Numbered from the stretch's first letter, positions 1 to 15,024 are shown. The stretch: 64,000 nt of DNA from Paraspadella gotoi (GCA_051294375.1 CM119267.1:19005790-19069789); one strand, 5' to 3'. Notes: generated from the sequence alone by a model not told the origin. A program made the numbers and translations.

Positions 1-1649
1 TAATTCAATGAACAACCTGCAATAAATAAAATTACCAACCTCTGACATCCGCTTCTTTCTCCTCCCAGTTCTCGCTCCAAGAATTTGACTTTCTCCGTGA
101 CTTGTCTGGTTGTCAAGGATTCGATGTTTCCGCCGCCTGAACGAGAGAGGGCGGGATTGTGAAAGAAAAAGCGGTGAAAGGTCCCGGGTGAGAATTCACC
201 GCTCTTCCTGTCTAAATAAAAGGGGAAAACAACACAGAAGAATCGAAACGCTTTTTTTTTCACTCATTAATCTTTTTTTCTCCTCTTGGTCTTCCCGGGG
301 TTGGGTTCTAGTTAGCGAGAAGGGAAGTACAAAAACATATATACTACGAGAGTACGACGCAGGCAGCAAGAGACAGGAAACGAAGCTTATAAAGAAATTT
401 GGGGGGAATTGGGCTCACCATGAGAGCGCGACAAATATGTGGTAGCTTATTGTTTTTAAAAGGACAGGTAGTAGTATATGGTCGCTATCGAGGAAGAGTG
501 TTTTTTTGCTTAAACCTACGCGAGTTTTTCGTTACTGTGAAGAAAAAAAAAAATGGAAGATCGTGAATGAGGGTGTAGACTGTAAAAATATATGGAATGA
601 TAATGTATAGAAATAAAGGGATAAGACAAATACGTTAACATTCATTATATAAAATTATATATGAAATTCCTGCTCATAGGCGTCTTACAGGTCATCGCAC
701 AACAAAGGCTTTCTCTCAGTTTGGTTAATAACTCTGCAATTAAAGACTAAGTTTCTTCGCTGAACCCAAAAATGCTAAAAACTTATTCTAACGTTAGAGA
801 GAACGTCTTATATTAAAATATATTTATTGGATACTCCCCCACTATCATTCCTGTCTTTCACAACTTACTTTTCTGCACTCCTTAGAAGAACTTAACCAGT
901 CGGCCCCTTCCTTTCCCCGCCGTTCTATGCCCCAGGCTATCTTGCTTGAAGGTCTCTCCATTCGGCCGGTTCTGGTGCGGTCTTCGACTCTTGGGAGCCC
1001 TCGTAGTATTTCTGCAATCGTGGTCCTGATGCGCTCTTTCTGCTTCCGGCCGCCCAGAGCGCCGTCCAGCCGCGGTGAATCTCGTTTCTGCAGCGCCGCT
1101 CGATGCGGAATCGGGGTGAAGGGGAGTGGCGGTAGGTTTGTACGTCCACAGTTGGAACATTAAAATAGTTGTAATATAGGGTCGCGCTGTTGCCTAAACG
1201 ATTCGTAGTCGTACCCCATTCAATACCAGTTTAAGGAAGAAAAGCTGTGAGGACAAAATATTTATAGTCCGTCATTAATGAGCCGTGTATGACATTTCTA
1301 ACACTATTTTAATTCTTCTAAATTTCTTAAACGATTATATGCATTAATATAATGTAGATATGAATGTCATAGTTACCAATTATTACGATACTTGTTATAA
1401 TTTAGTACGGGTGAAGTCAGGGGATCTGCCATGCTTCCTCTCATACAAATTGGGCAATCCACCGAAGTGTCGCGCTGTTTATATGCATATTTACATGGAC
1501 ATTAGGGTCATGGTGTAGTGTGACGCTACTGGAACAGATGACCTATATGCGCCGTTAAGGAGATAGGTAGGAGACACTCAATTAGGATTGAGGTTTGTTT
1601 TGTTTTTTTCTTGTTCCTTATACATTAAGATAATCACCTAGGGCAAGAA

Positions 1650-2528
1650 AACCTTAAAAATGATGCATTTTTAAACCGTAAGTGGGGAACAGGACCGCGG
1701 ACGGGACGGAACCTGGACCGACCGGGAAAAGTGACTTATAGAGTTTGCTTTTGCTTCCGCGAGTCTTTTGCCGGCGGCACCTAAAAATGGATAATAGAGG
1801 AGGAAAGAGAAGGGGAGAAAAGAAGGGTTGAAGAAATGAATAATCCAAGGGAAGACGAATGCCGTCCAGGAGGGAATAGAGGATTCGGTGGGGATATAAA
1901 ATTTTGAAAAAAAAAAAAAAAAAAAAAAACAACACATAAGTAACAATAGAGTTAGAGATCAACAAATCAAACCGAAACACATCAAGGAACGACCGACGTC
2001 AAGAAAAGCAAGCGGGAAGAAATAAAAAATTGGTTTTCTTCTCTGTGATTAGGTTCAGGAATCCGGAGAACCGGAAATTTTTCTGCCAAAAAAAAAACGC
2101 AAAAAAGACGAAAAACAAGCAAAGACAAAAGCCAAAACAAAAAAACCAAAACCAAAAGCAGAAAGAACCACCAAAAAAAAAAAAAAAGAAATATCTGGAA
2201 AATGATTTAAGTTTCATTTGGAAAAAGCCCATCCAACAACCGGCCTTATATCTCATTTATTTCTGCCACAATTGCTTTCTTCCTCGACTCCGTCATTTCT
2301 CTCAACTCCGTCATTTTCTTCACCCTTCTTACCTGTTCTCTGCATCATTTTCTCGCAAACGCTTTCTTCTCCCAATCATGTGTTCTTTCTCTCTTCCAAC
2401 CTCTTCCTCACCTCCATCATTCTGCCAACCTTCTCCATCCACTTTCTCCCAACCTTCCTCTCCGCCAATCATTCTCAGTCTCCAATTCTTCTCTCCCATC
2501 ATGTTTCCATTTCCGGCCTCAATGATTT

Positions 2529-2568
<40 letters not shown>

Positions 2569-2653
2569 CTTTTTTTTTTTTTTTTTTTTTTTTTTTATTT
2601 TTTTTTTTTTTTTTTTTTTTTTTTTATTTTTTTTTCATTTTTATTTTTTTTTT

Positions 2654-2699
<46 letters not shown>

Positions 2700-2723
2700 C
2701 TTTTTTGTTTTTTTTTTTTTTTT

Positions 2724-2755
<32 letters not shown>

Positions 2756-2758
2756 TTT

Positions 2759-2798
<40 letters not shown>

Positions 2799-5747
2799 CA
2801 TTTCTCGGCTTTTTTCTCTTCCTTAAACTTCCGGCCGAATCTCGGCTAGCTCCGATGCGGGAAAGTCGAACGACCCGTGTCTTCGGTTTTAAAATTCCCG
2901 GGTTTTTTTCCTTTCCGACGCTAGCCGAGGAAATCGTAAAAAAAAAAGAAAAAAAAAAAAGAAAAAGAAACAATTCCGTAAAATTGGATCTTCCTTCTTT
3001 TCACTTCTCCCTTCTACTTCTCCCTTCCTTGTCGCCGCGCGGATATAACCCTTCAACTACTTTTCTTTTACTTGACTTCTTTTTTTCATCTTTTCCTTGT
3101 TTTTTTTTTTTTTTTTTTATTTTTTTTTTTTTTTTTTTCTCTTTTTGGGTGGTTTTGTTTTTTGCCTTTTTGTTTTTTTCCCTCCTTTCTTCCCGAGTTT
3201 TTTTCCCCTCGTCATTAATATTTCTTTTCCTCCGGCTCCTACCTTCCTCACTCCGTCATCCCTCCCTCATCTCCTTGGCTTCTCCTCAAGATCTCGCTCC
3301 AGCACGGAGAGACGTTTCAATTTTCCTGTTTCCTCTTCTCTTCTTCTCCTCTCTCCTCATACCGGTGGGACCGTCTCACGCCTCTCCTCTCTCTCTCTCT
3401 CCTCTCCTCTCTCTCTCTCTTCTCTCTCTCTCCCTCCTCTCTCCTCTCCTCTCTCTCTCGTCTCATTTCCTCCCTCCGAGATTTTTCCATCAAAGTCCTT
3501 TCGAAAGAAGAAAAAAAACATCGAGATCTTCCCTTCCTTATGTCCGAAATAGAATTGGGATGTTGCCTGTAAAACCCGGAACCGCGGGCGGCTGGAGTCG
3601 ATGATGGAAACGGGGGGAACGAATGAATGGGAGAATGGAATTGAAAATGATTGCAAATGACCGTCCAAAGACAAAGCAAAGCTTTTAAAAGGCTTTGGAA
3701 GGAAGGTTCACATGAATTGATCGGGAAATGGGATAGGAAATTAATACCGATGGCCTTATCCCCAATGGAACGGGCGGGTTGGACGTAATCCCACAAGAAT
3801 TGGCGAGGGGGGGAGGGTGGCACGGCAAATGGCAATGCCATCGACGAGATGATATGGCACGGATAAAAAAAAAATAAACGATGAAAAGAGAGGACAAAGA
3901 GGGGGTGGGCGGTTAACTTCTATACATTTGAACGACAACGCAACGGACCAACGGACAACGACAACGAAGACAACGGCGACAATCGCATGGATACCAGAAA
4001 GAACAACGACGGAGTTTGTGGGAATCTTTAATGGTTTAAAAAAAAAAAAATGAGGGCGGTGTGAATGACGCCTGTAAGGAGAAATAGATGAGGGAAAGAA
4101 TTATGTGTTCGAGGAGAAAGTCGAGCGGGAAATGATTTTTTTTTTTTTTGGCAACGGAAACTTAATTCGAAATTTTTAACGTAAATAGTTACTGACTCAA
4201 AATATATATAGGACGAAAAGTGTCCGCATCAAGAAGAATGTCCTTTTGTGATCCTTCCTTCCTCCCGGAAGGTCCGTCGTCGTCGTCGTCGTCAATCTTC
4301 TCGCCGGTCCGTCGTCAATCCTTCGGTCGCGCGTCGTCGGTCATCCGTCCGTCCCGTTGTTGTTGGTAGTCACTTTCCGTTGGATTCGGTTCTCTAAAGG
4401 CTGACATGGTTGGAAGAAGGAGATCGGGGAAAAAGAAGGACCGGGGGGGAAGGGGGGCGAGAGGTCTTTATTCTCGAAAACATCAATGGTCGGTCTTAGT
4501 CTGGTCCGTGTCGTCTTTTGGTCGTTCGTCGTCTTTTGGTTCGTCGTCAATGATCGTGGGTGGTCCCTCTCGTCCTTCCAAAATCGTCCTCCAAACCCAC
4601 TTTCCGGCGGTTCCATTTTATCTCCGCGTCTCTAAAAAACATCCGGAAGTGAGTTCCCGACGGAAGCGAAAATTTTTCCCTCGGGCTTTAAAATCAGGCG
4701 CGCCATTTTTTTTTTTAGGATGGAAGCGCCATCTGGGTTTTGTGGCGGAATTTCGATACGAAAAAAAATAGGGAAGCGAAAGACAGATGGCGTTTGAGTG
4801 AGGGGAGGAGGGGAGAGGGAAGAGATGAGAAGAAGAAGAGAGAGAAGGTGAAAACGTAATATTGGGATATTGGGATTGAAGAGAGGAAAGAGAGAAAGAG
4901 AGAGGAGGGAGAGCAAGAAGAGAGAGAAGGAGAGAGAGAGAGAGAGAGAGAGGAAGAGAAGAGAGGAGAGAAGAGGTAGAGAGGGAGAGAGGAGAGAGAA
5001 GAAAAAACTTTAGTGAAGAGAGGAAAAAAAAATATGAGAAGAGAGAGTGTCTGAGCCAGGAATGGCATTGACAGAGAGATCGGGAGACAAGACAGAAACG
5101 CGAGAATGGAGAGAGAGGAGAGGAGAGGATGAGAGAGAGTAGAGATGAGAAAGGAGAGAAGAAGCGATGGCTCCAGTCGTCGCTTGGGGTGCCAACACAA
5201 ACGCAGCTACAATGAAGAATTGAGTGAATAATTTGAAGTCGAAGTTTTCGGAAGCATATTCGGATTGAAAATTATTTTCAAAGGAGAAATCCAGGAGGAA
5301 AAAAAAAAAGAAAAAAAAAAAGGTTGGCAAAAGAGACAGGAGGGGGGAAACTGGCGTGGCCTGCCTGGCGGTCGCATCGCCCCGCGGGGGGGGGGGGTCG
5401 AAATGGGCGTCGGGAGTTTTTTCTTCCTTTTGACGAAGGAGCGCCATTCACGGAACCTAAATGTTTGCAAAGCAATAACAATTTTTAACGCAGCTGATTT
5501 TTTGTTTAAAGTGGCACACATTTCCGATCAAGGGATTTTTTAACCTGGAAGAAACTTTGCACTTTGTATAAGATATATAATATCTAATAAAATGTAATAG
5601 CATCTATCTATCCTATATTCTTTCTATCCTTTATCTGTCAATTTCTATCTCTATCTGATCTGTCAATGCTTACCTTCTAGATGTGTCAATCTTTCTCTGA
5701 TTCTATCTATTATCTATCTACTATCTTCTATTCTATTGCTATCTATC

Positions 5748-5781
<34 letters not shown>

Positions 5782-5835
5782 CTATCTAATTTATTTCTAG
5801 GATCTATTTTTTCTATTTATTTTTTTTATCTCTGT
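1650..5835 (+). repeat. Low-quality direct copy of 16790-19610
   Basis: Shared anchors CTAAAAATGGATAATA..GAGGA, GTCTGAGCCAGGAATG, GGTCGCATCGCCCCGCGGGGGGG and (CTAT)n. Ends at a 25-N gap. Confidence 0.9.
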
Positions 5836-6225
5836 NNNNNNNNNNNNNNNNNNNNNNNNNGAGTCTTTCCAACAGCAATCGGGCCTCGTGCCATAATTGC
5901 TTTCCTTTACGTTCTCTCGTGCCGAGCGTGCGGAAGTTGAGANNNNNNNNNNNNNNNNNNNNNNNNNNNNNNNNNNNNNNNNNNNNNNNNNNNNNNNNNN
6001 NNNNNNNNNNNNNNNNNNNNNNNNNNNNNNNNNNNNNNNNNNNNNNNNNNNNNNNNNNNNNNNNNNNNNNNNNNNNNNNNNNNNNNNNNNNNNNNNNNNN
6101 NNNNNNNNNNNNNNNNNNNNNNNNNNNNNNNNNNNNNNNNNNNNNNNNNNNNNNNNNNNNNNNNNNNNNNNNNNNNNNNNNNNNNNNNNNNNNNNNNNNN
6201 NNNNNNNNNNNNNNNNNNNNNNNNN

Positions 6226-6261
<36 letters not shown>

Positions 6262-7954
6262 CCTTTTAAAAAAGGTTTATTGTTTACTTCAATCATTGTT
6301 GTGCTGCCTAAGCTACGCTTTTCTGACTTCGAAAAAACAAAACAACCAAAACCACTTGAAAAACAAACAAAAGAACAAAAAACTATAAAAAACAACAAAA
6401 AACAAGAGCTCTACAAAGTGACTAAAAAAAATAGAAATACAACTATTCTGCAAAAGCCAAAAGAAAAAAAAGATCATACTACGAATATCTTTACTCTCCT
6501 TCTTTCGTTCGAACTAGGAAGACGACGACGCCAACGACGACGACAACGACGACGACGCCAACGACGACGACGACGACGACGACGACGCCTCGTTCGGTGT
6601 CAAAGGGCAGAGAGGAATGAAGACCAAATCCCCGGTCGTTAATCAGTTCTCATATACATGTTTACATCGTCGTTATCTTCCTTGTTTACCTCTTCCTTCN
6701 NNNNNNNNNNNNNNNNNNNNNNNNNNNNNNNNNNNNNNNNNNNNNNNNNNNNNNNNNNNNNNNNNNNNNNNNNNNNNNNNNNNNNNNNNNNNNNNNNNNN
6801 NNNNNNNNNNNNNNNNNNNNNNNNNNNNNNNNNNNNNNNNNNNNNNNNNNNNNNNNNNNNNNNNNNNNNNNNNNNNNNNNNNNNNNNNNNNNNNNNNNNN
6901 NNNNNNNNNNNNNNNNNNNNNNNNNNNNNNNNNNNNNNNNNNNNNNNNNNNNNNNNNNNNNNNNNNNNNNNNNNNNNNNNNNNNNNNNNNNNNNNNNNNN
7001 NNNNNNNNNNNNNNNNNNNNNNNNNNNNNNNNNNNNNNNNNNNNNNNNNNNNNNNNNTTTTTCTTTTAGGATATTCGTTTACTTCGTTGCGGATAAAAAT
7101 CAACGATGAAAAATGACGAACGATTAAACAAATAACAAACGGATGAATAATAATGAACGATTGAAAAAAATTGATGTATAACCAATCGCCTTTTACTGGC
7201 GATTTTATAAAACAAAACAATTTTTTTTCGCTGAGAAGTGACAGAAATTCCTTTTCGAAAAAAACAAATTTTTTTAGCGTTTTATACTTACGTTTTCGTT
7301 TTTACGTTTTGTTTAATGATATTAAATCTGATCTTTTCATACATTAAAAATATGTAAATGAAATGTTACGTCTTTATCTTTATCAGTGTAGTTTTTTTTA
7401 CTTTTTTATTTTTATTTTATTTTAAACTTTATTTATTATAGCGATTACTTCCGGTTTTTTAAGTAGTTGTTGATACCGTTACTGTTAATGTATTGTGATT
7501 AAATCGTTTTTATTTATTTTATTTTTTTATTTATTATTCTTTTATTGCTTGTTACAATTTCATAACAATATATGAACTGTAATTTCTGTCTGATAAATAC
7601 CTAAGAGTAATCTTAACCTTAGGCTTTAGGTATTCCCTCTATTGTCCAAGATCAACCTAACTTCCCCATATCGATTATATTAAATATTTAAACACTAAAT
7701 ATTTAACATAAATAAAATTAAACCTAAAATAGTTATTTTGAAATTAAAAAAAAATTAGAGAACAATTATTTTCACTATTTCATCACTAACAAACTTTGTT
7801 AACATAGTTCATTTTGATAGAAATTTGGAAAAAAAATCTTTCGAATTTATAACGGTTTCTCAAATCACGGGCTTGGTTTGTCTTGCCTCAGCTGTCATCC
7901 TTTTGTCTCTTTTCTTTTTCTTTTTTCAGAAAACAATATTAACGGAAGTTTTCA

Positions 7955-8879
7955 ATAACATCAATCGGCTTGCCATTAATGCTTTCCTTTAGTTTTCTCG
8001 TGCCGATGTGTGCGAAGTTGATGAGAGAATGAGAGAAAGGAAGAAGAGATGAGAGAGATGAGAGAGAGATAGAGAGAAGAGAGAGAGGAGGATTAAGATA
8101 GAGCGGAGTGAGAGAAGATATGAATAAAAATTTATCATATACTGAAGCATAATTACACAATACAATACGGGAGCGATAAATAATCATGGCATATTTACAC
8201 AGCATGGAAAGGAAAATGGAGAGAAGGGAGAGAGAGCGAGAGAGAGATTATGTAGGAGAGAAGGAGATAGAGAAGTTTGTATTAGATGAGAGAAATGAGA
8301 GAGGAGAGAGAGAGAGAGAGAGAGAGGAGAGGCCTTTTTTAAAGAAAGTTATTGTTACTTTAATCATTGTTGGATGCTCTAGCTACGCTTTTCTGACTTC
8401 GAAAAAACAAAACAACAAAGCACTTGTAAAACAACAAAAGAACAAACTAAAAAAGACACAAAAAACAAGAGTATCTCACAATTGTGACTAAAAAAATATG
8501 AAATACAACTCGTTAAACTATTTCAAGACCAAAAGAAAAAAAAATATTACTCGTTAATATCTTACTCTCCTGTCTTTCGTTTTCGAACTAGAAGACGACT
8601 CTTTTTTCTATTACGCGTGTATTTGTGTTTCTTTGTCTAACTTATCCTATTCCTTTTTACAACTTTGGACGACGCCAACGACGATCGACTGACGGAGACG
8701 ACGTGGCTCGTTCGGGTGTCAAGGAGAAGGTATGAAGACAGAATTCCCGTCGTAGCATCAGTTCTATATAATGTTTTCGTCGTTTATCTTCCTTGTTTAC
8801 CTCTTCCCCTCTTCTCATCTCTCGACGCGCTCTTAGCCGACTGCGCTGCTCTGAATCTCGTGCGCGCGTTTCATTGCTC

Positions 8880-8914
<35 letters not shown>

Positions 8915-9230
8915 CTCTTCTCTCTCTATCTCTCTCTCTCCTCTCCTTCTTTGCATTCGTAGAGAGTAACGAATAATCTCAACCATTATTTCTTCCTTCC
9001 GTACTGAAATAATAATTACTTAACAATTATTTCATTTTCATTTTTTCTTTTGGATATTCGTGGTATCTTGCGGATATAAATAGCACGATGAAAATGCGCA
9101 TTAAAAAATACAAGTATATGATAATATATGAACGATTGCAAAATTGATGGTTGAACCAACGCCTTTTACTGCGATTTATAATGAAGAATCAACAGATTTT
9201 TTTCGCTGGAAGTGACAGAAATCCTTTTCA
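7955..9230 (+). repeat. Direct duplicate of 5870-7260
   Basis: Shared AGCTACGCTTTTCTGACTTCGAAAAAACAAAACAAC (6311/8381) and TTTTTCGCTG..AAGTGACAGAAAT (7224/9198). Confidence 0.88.
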
Positions 9231-9777
9231 AAATAACTAAAAAAAACTAACAAAGAAAAAAAAAAACTTCATTAACGAAAATACACGTCTTTGGTCCGCT
9301 TATTTCGTTGCTAATTTTGTCGAACCTTTTTTTAGAGATTCGCTAAAAATTAAACTCTCCATAGAAAATAGNNNNNNNNNNNNNNNNNNNNNNNNNAAAA
9401 AAAAAGTTTTGAAATTTTTCTCGAATAAAAATCGAAATTCATAATTTCCGAAAGAATTACGTGAATGTATCCTTGGGACTGACGTCAGTTTTTAGTGTAA
9501 AACCAACAATAAATCATCGTCAAAAGAAGATGATCCAAGGAGCAACCGGCGCCATCTTCGATCCTCCTCCTGGACTCAGATTCTGGAGGAAACTCCTTCC
9601 TTCCGCAAAATCAAATCATATCCGGGTTCCGTGAACCAAGTCCGACATCCGGTTCCGGCTTCCAGGCTTTACTCGCTTCTCCTTCAACGAGGGCGACATC
9701 GACGGGCGAGAAGAAAAACGAACGCGGGAGAGGAAACTGGGTCGATATAAACAAAAGACGTCGACGAACCGGGGACA

Positions 9778-9829
9778 ATGGCTTCCATGGAACCGAGTCT
9801 CATGATGTCGCAACCTCAAAACGTCGCCG
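9778..9829 (+). CDS. rho: Putative first coding exon of rhomboid gene (MASMEPSLMMSQPQNVA + G)
   Basis: ATG at 9778 in a GC-rich island. Strong donor G|GTGAGG at 9830, phase 1, matching the phase-1 acceptor at 12933. Inferred from splice signals and phase only. Confidence 0.55.
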
Positions 9830-10259
9830 GTGAGGCTTTCAGCGAAATGCCGTGAGAGGCTTCGTGAAATTTTAAAGGATTTAAAAAGAAAAATAGAAAG
9901 AAATGGCTGTGAGAGAAGGACGTGCGAGTCGAGAGGGAAGANNNNNNNNNNNNNNNNNNNNNNNNNNNNNNNNNNNNNNNNNNNNNNNNNNNNNNNNNNN
10001 NNNNNNNNNNNNNNNNNNNNNNNNNNNNNNNNNNNNNNNNNNNNNNNNNNNNNNNNNNNNNNNNNNNNNNNNNNNNNNNNNNNNNNNNNNNNNNNNNNNN
10101 NNNCTTTTCGCAGCCTCTTTTAAAATTTAATCTTTTCTTTTTTTCCTTTTTTTAAAAACTTTTATTTCAAGGTTTTTATTTCGTTCTTTACGACAAGGAA
10201 CGAGCGAAGAAGAGAGAGACGCGGAGGAGGAAGAGAGAGAAAGAGAGAAGAGAGAGAGA

Positions 10260-10374
<115 letters not shown>

Positions 10375-10675
10375 GTGAAAGACTGAAAAGAAGTGGCGGG
10401 GGAGTGTCACTCGTTTCGTTTGCCTTCTTTAAATCTTTTTTTTTCTGGCTTTCTTCACGACATACAAAGAGATATAGAATTGAGATAAAGGAAAAACGAT
10501 GGAAATCCGATAGAGAGAGAGAACGAAAGAAAGAGAAATGCATTGATTAAACATGAGCCTTGTAGTATTTTTCAGTGAATTCGATTTCAAAAAGAGAAAT
10601 AGAAAGAAGGCGAAATATATCTTGAGCGTGATGTGACACAAAAGAAAATGAGAGAAAAAGAGAGAGAGAGAGAGG

Positions 10676-10739
<64 letters not shown>

Positions 10740-10844
10740 TTTCTCCGGAAAAAGGTGAAAAGAAGAATCGTGGAGAACGTGATGTTAAAAGCGAGGAACT
10801 TGGAAACTCCGGCAATCGAGGCGATGAAGAGGATTGTGGGGCTT

Positions 10845-10902
<58 letters not shown>

Positions 10903-10928
10903 ANNNNNNNNNNNNNNNNNNNNNNNNN

Positions 10929-10963
<35 letters not shown>

Positions 10964-11299
10964 GGAAAGGAAGCGTTGAAAGGGAGAAAATGAAATTGGA
11001 TTAATCCTCTCTCTTCGTCTCACGACAAAATGAAGATTGAAAATCCGATCTGGATTCTTGTTTACCGCGAGCGATGTACTAAAGATGGAATATGTTTTTT
11101 TTTGTGTCTTTTTATAAATTTAAAGTAACTTAGTAGGTTAAATAAAATATATATATAATTTCACACTATCCAAAAAAGATTTGATACGAACGTTCCAAAT
11201 TCTATGCTTCACATTCATGATTCTACTCACACGCGTCCCAATTTCGCAAGGAGGCGATATTAAAAATTGATAGCAGCAATTTCTCAAGGTTTCATTTTT

Positions 11300-11387
<88 letters not shown>

Positions 11388-11874
11388 ATCTCAATGGATA
11401 TATTACGAAATCAGACGTTTTATCTACTCGAATTCCCGCGCTCCACCGAAAAACCAGGATCCAAGATGGAGGCTCCCGGGTTTCATTTCATTTCTCAGGG
11501 GCGACGATGACGGACGACGTCTCCCGAGATCCGTTCGACGCCGAAGATTTGATTCTGCGCCGCGAAATTGATTTGGGTGGGATTTTCTCGCGCCGAGTTT
11601 GAATTAGATTGTCGCGGAGGGTTGGTTCCGTTGTTTTCGACGCTGCTTGGTGATTTGCTGTAATAAGACTGAAGGGCAGTAGTTTCATGAGAACCTTTTT
11701 TTCAGAGATGGTATTTCATTTTAGCATTGTGTTCGGATGTCATCATTGCAATACCGGTTAAATAATATAGGAAAAAATATTGTCGTCTTTTAAGTGGAGT
11801 CATGAATTCTGCCACAAACTTACGGTGTTTATATTAACTTGACGATAGTGCATAGTTGCTACCTATTAACTGGC

Positions 11875-12145
11875 ATGTCACGCCATTCTGTTCATTAAAA
11901 CGCCGCTGACAAGTTCGAGCTCTAAATGTGTCTCTTTTTTCCAGCAACTAGTATCTGTTACAAAGCCATGGCAGATGCGATGCTTTTCAGTTCAATAGGA
12001 CTCCTCTGTCACGCAATTCAGTTCGATAAGACGCCGCTGTCACGCAATTCAGGTCACTGAGACGCCGCTGTCACGTTCGCACTCTAAAAGCGTTTCTTTT
12101 TTTCCCAACGACTCGTATCTGTCACGTCGTCGCTCGAATGCGACT
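11875..12145. repeat. 31-bp tandem repeat (CTGTCACGCAATTCAG.TC..T.AGACGCCG x~2.5) within a ~162-bp duplication
   Basis: CTGTCACG at 12006, 12037, 12068. 11877-11960 resembles 12039-12125. Confidence 0.7.
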
Positions 12146-12932
12146 CGACGGATCTTTATCACTGCATTCGGTGGAAGAAACGGCTTTCGTGGCCAAAGGG
12201 TTAATCTCTGTAGAGAAGAAGAAGAAGCGAGAGAAGGAAAAAGAAAAGAAGGAAAAAAAGGAGAAAAAAGAAGGAAATAAAAGGGGAAAAAAAATAAGGA
12301 AAAAAATGGTAAGGAGGGCGCCAGAGGTGAAAGAGCGCGAAACGCGGGAGAAGAAATAAACGGACGTTGAGGGGAAAAGAAAAATAATTTAAAAAAAAAA
12401 CCAAGATTTACCGCCGGATCCTTTCGGTCGGGTATCGATGTTTCCTTTTTTGAATGTTTTAAATTCAATTGGCTTCGTGAAGCGAGAGTGAAAAACGTAC
12501 TTGACGTATTTTGCGAAATTGTAGTCGGATTTATTTCTTCGCGGCTTGGGTTTGGTTTCTTGCTGGTTTTCTGAGAATTCGTAAGGATGAAAAATCTTAG
12601 CGAAATAGAAATTATGATTTTTTTTTGGCTTGGGATTTGGTGCAAACGTTTAAATTCCGCTCGCAATATTTTTTTAAGCGCAATCACGCATTGTCAAAAT
12701 AATCAAGTATGTTCACTAGGAGTTATATAATAAGATAATTCTACACAAATAATTGTTATTCAATTATCTTTCTATAAACGAAAAAGACTAATCGTAAGAC
12801 CTCGTCGTAATAAATTCATTATTAAAAAAAAAAATCAACTTTATATATTTTTTATATACATGACTCCTATTCTACTAAGTACTAACTACTTACAATTTTT
12901 TTATACAACTTCTACCCAACCCCGATTCGCAG

Positions 12933-13142
12933 AAATCCCACCGCTTCATTTCCACACTCAGTCGTCCCATCCTTCGACGGGCACCCTGCCCCGGGCCGGC
13001 ACCCTCCCGCGACACCCCCAGACCCCCGGGGGCTTCTCCCGCGGAGGCACGCTGCCCCGAGCCACGTCCTTCAATCGGCCGCCTTCGCGAGCCGCCGAGG
13101 CTCCCCCGGCGCTGGGGGTCATGCAGACGAGCGCCCCTCCCG
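12933..13142 (+). CDS. rho: Putative exon 2 of rhomboid gene (Pro-rich, three GTLPR repeats)
   Basis: GC-rich open segment in AT-rich flanks. TACTAAC branch-point motif at 12880, acceptor CGCAG| at 12932, donor G|GTGAGA at 13143. Phase 1 at both ends, compatible with exons 1 and 3. An alternative acceptor exists at 12961. Confidence 0.65.
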
Positions 13143-13184
13143 GTGAGAAAGGGAATTGCGGGGAAAGGGAGAGGGAATTTGAGA

Positions 13185-13303
13185 AATGGAGGAATGGAAG
13201 AATGGAAAAAGAGAGAAAGTAATGGAAACGTGGATGTGGTGGAAAAAGAGATTTAACGGAAGAATGGAAAAAGTGAGAAAGTAATGGAAACATGGATGTG
13301 GTG
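13185..13303. repeat. ~62-bp purine-rich minisatellite (continues into gap; inverted copies at about 16490-16790)
   Basis: AATGGAAAAAG.GAGAAAGTAATGGAAAC.TGGATGTGGTG at 13201 and 13263. Confidence 0.75.
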
Positions 13304-13328
13304 NNNNNNNNNNNNNNNNNNNNNNNNN

Positions 13329-14379
13329 TCCTGGCTCCAGACACTCTCTCTTCATATTTTTTTTTCTCATTCTTTTTGTTTTCATATTATCTCTCTCTTT
13401 TCTCTCTTCTCTTCTCTCTCTTCCTTTCTATTCTTTCTCCTATTCGTCTCTTTTCAGACGTTATTTTTTTCTCTTTTTTACATCTCTCATGCTATATCTC
13501 TCCATATTACGTATTTTTCTTCCCGTATCTATCTCCCCTTCTCTCAATTTCTCGCTCTTTCTTCTCTCCCCGCTCCTTCCTGCACTTCAACGCCAATCTG
13601 GTCTTTCGGCTTCCCTGTTTTTTTCGTTTCGATCCGCCAAACAGATGGCGCTTCCATTCTAAAAAATGGCCGCTGAATTTTATTGCCGCGAGGGATCGCT
13701 TCGCGTCCCGAATCGTTCTATCTGGGAATCTTGTTCAGGTGGGAGTTTTCTTTGAGAGACGATAGTCGGCCGGAGATACACGTGGGAGAGCGCCGCGAAG
13801 TGGTGAGGAACGATGCAATACTCGGAACGAAACGTCACGAGATGAGTTCCAGGACGCGACGAGTCATGACGACGAAAAAGACGACGGACGACAAAAAAGA
13901 GACGACGACAGACAGCTAAAGAGCGACAGTGATGGTTTTCGAGAAATAAAGAAACTCTCCGCCCCCTCCCGTCCCTCTTTTCCCCGATCTCATCTCTTCA
14001 GCATGGTCCGCCTTAAGAGAACCCGGAAAATCAAGAAAGTGACCAAACACAACGACGACGATGACGAACGACGACGACGGCGACGAAGGATGGAGCGACG
14101 ACGACGACGCTCGTGAGGAAAAGGACATCACAATAGTACACTCCATTCTTTGAATGCGACACTTATTCGTCCTAATATATATTTGGAGTTCAGTAACATT
14201 TAGTTTAAAAATCTCGCAAGTTTAAAGTTGTGCCAAAAAAAAATTTCTACTCTTGTGGGCGCCGTCGACTTTTCTCGAACATATATCTTCCCTCATCTTT
14301 AAGATCATCACACGCCCTCATTTTTTTAAACATTAAAAGATTCACAAACTCCATCGTTGTTCTTTCTGGTCTCCATGAT

Positions 14380-14411
<32 letters not shown>

Positions 14412-14992
14412 CAAAAGTAACCGCCCCTCCGCACGCCCTTTTGTCTTCTCTTTCAATCGTCCTTTTTTTTCTCTTTCTAGGTACGTCGCGCATTATCGTG
14501 CGATGGTCATTGCTCTTGCCGATGCCCACCTCCCTCAGCTCATGTCTTTGTGGATCTTTACGTCAACGCCGTCCATGGAAAGGCAGCTCTTGTTATTATT
14601 TCCCGAAATCATTTCCCGATGCGCGGGAACTGTTTGACCCTATTTCCCGTGGCAAGCCTTTAAAACTTGCTCTTTGGTCATGACGGTCAAATTGCAAATC
14701 ATGTCCCAATTCCATTCTCCATCAATCGTTCTCTTAGACCGCGAATTTTGATCGGGCGGTTCGCATCAATCGACTACCAGACTGCCCAGCGAGTTCTTCG
14801 GTTTTTAGATCAGCAACATTCATCGACATAGAAGGAAGGAATGAGTATTTTTTTCTTCGAAAGACATGTAATGGAAATACTCGGAGGGGAGGAAGATTTT
14901 TGTTGGAGAGTGGATAGTGTAGGAAATGAGTAATATAAATTATGATGTATGATTGAGAGATAAGTAGTAGACGAGAGAAGAGAAGAGAAGAG

Positions 14993-15024
<32 letters not shown>

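Noticed and set aside
1-1650. ORFs 110-445, 882-1160, 927-1163
   Set aside because: No codon bias, splice logic or recognisable motif. The sequence grades into the noisy end of the duplicated segment and looks like low-quality read sequence.
2030-3604. 524-aa poly-Phe ORF and antisense poly-Lys ORFs
   Set aside because: Caused by a ~270-nt T run (2526-2800). The equivalent site in the better copy (about 17399) has only ~9 T, indicating read stutter.
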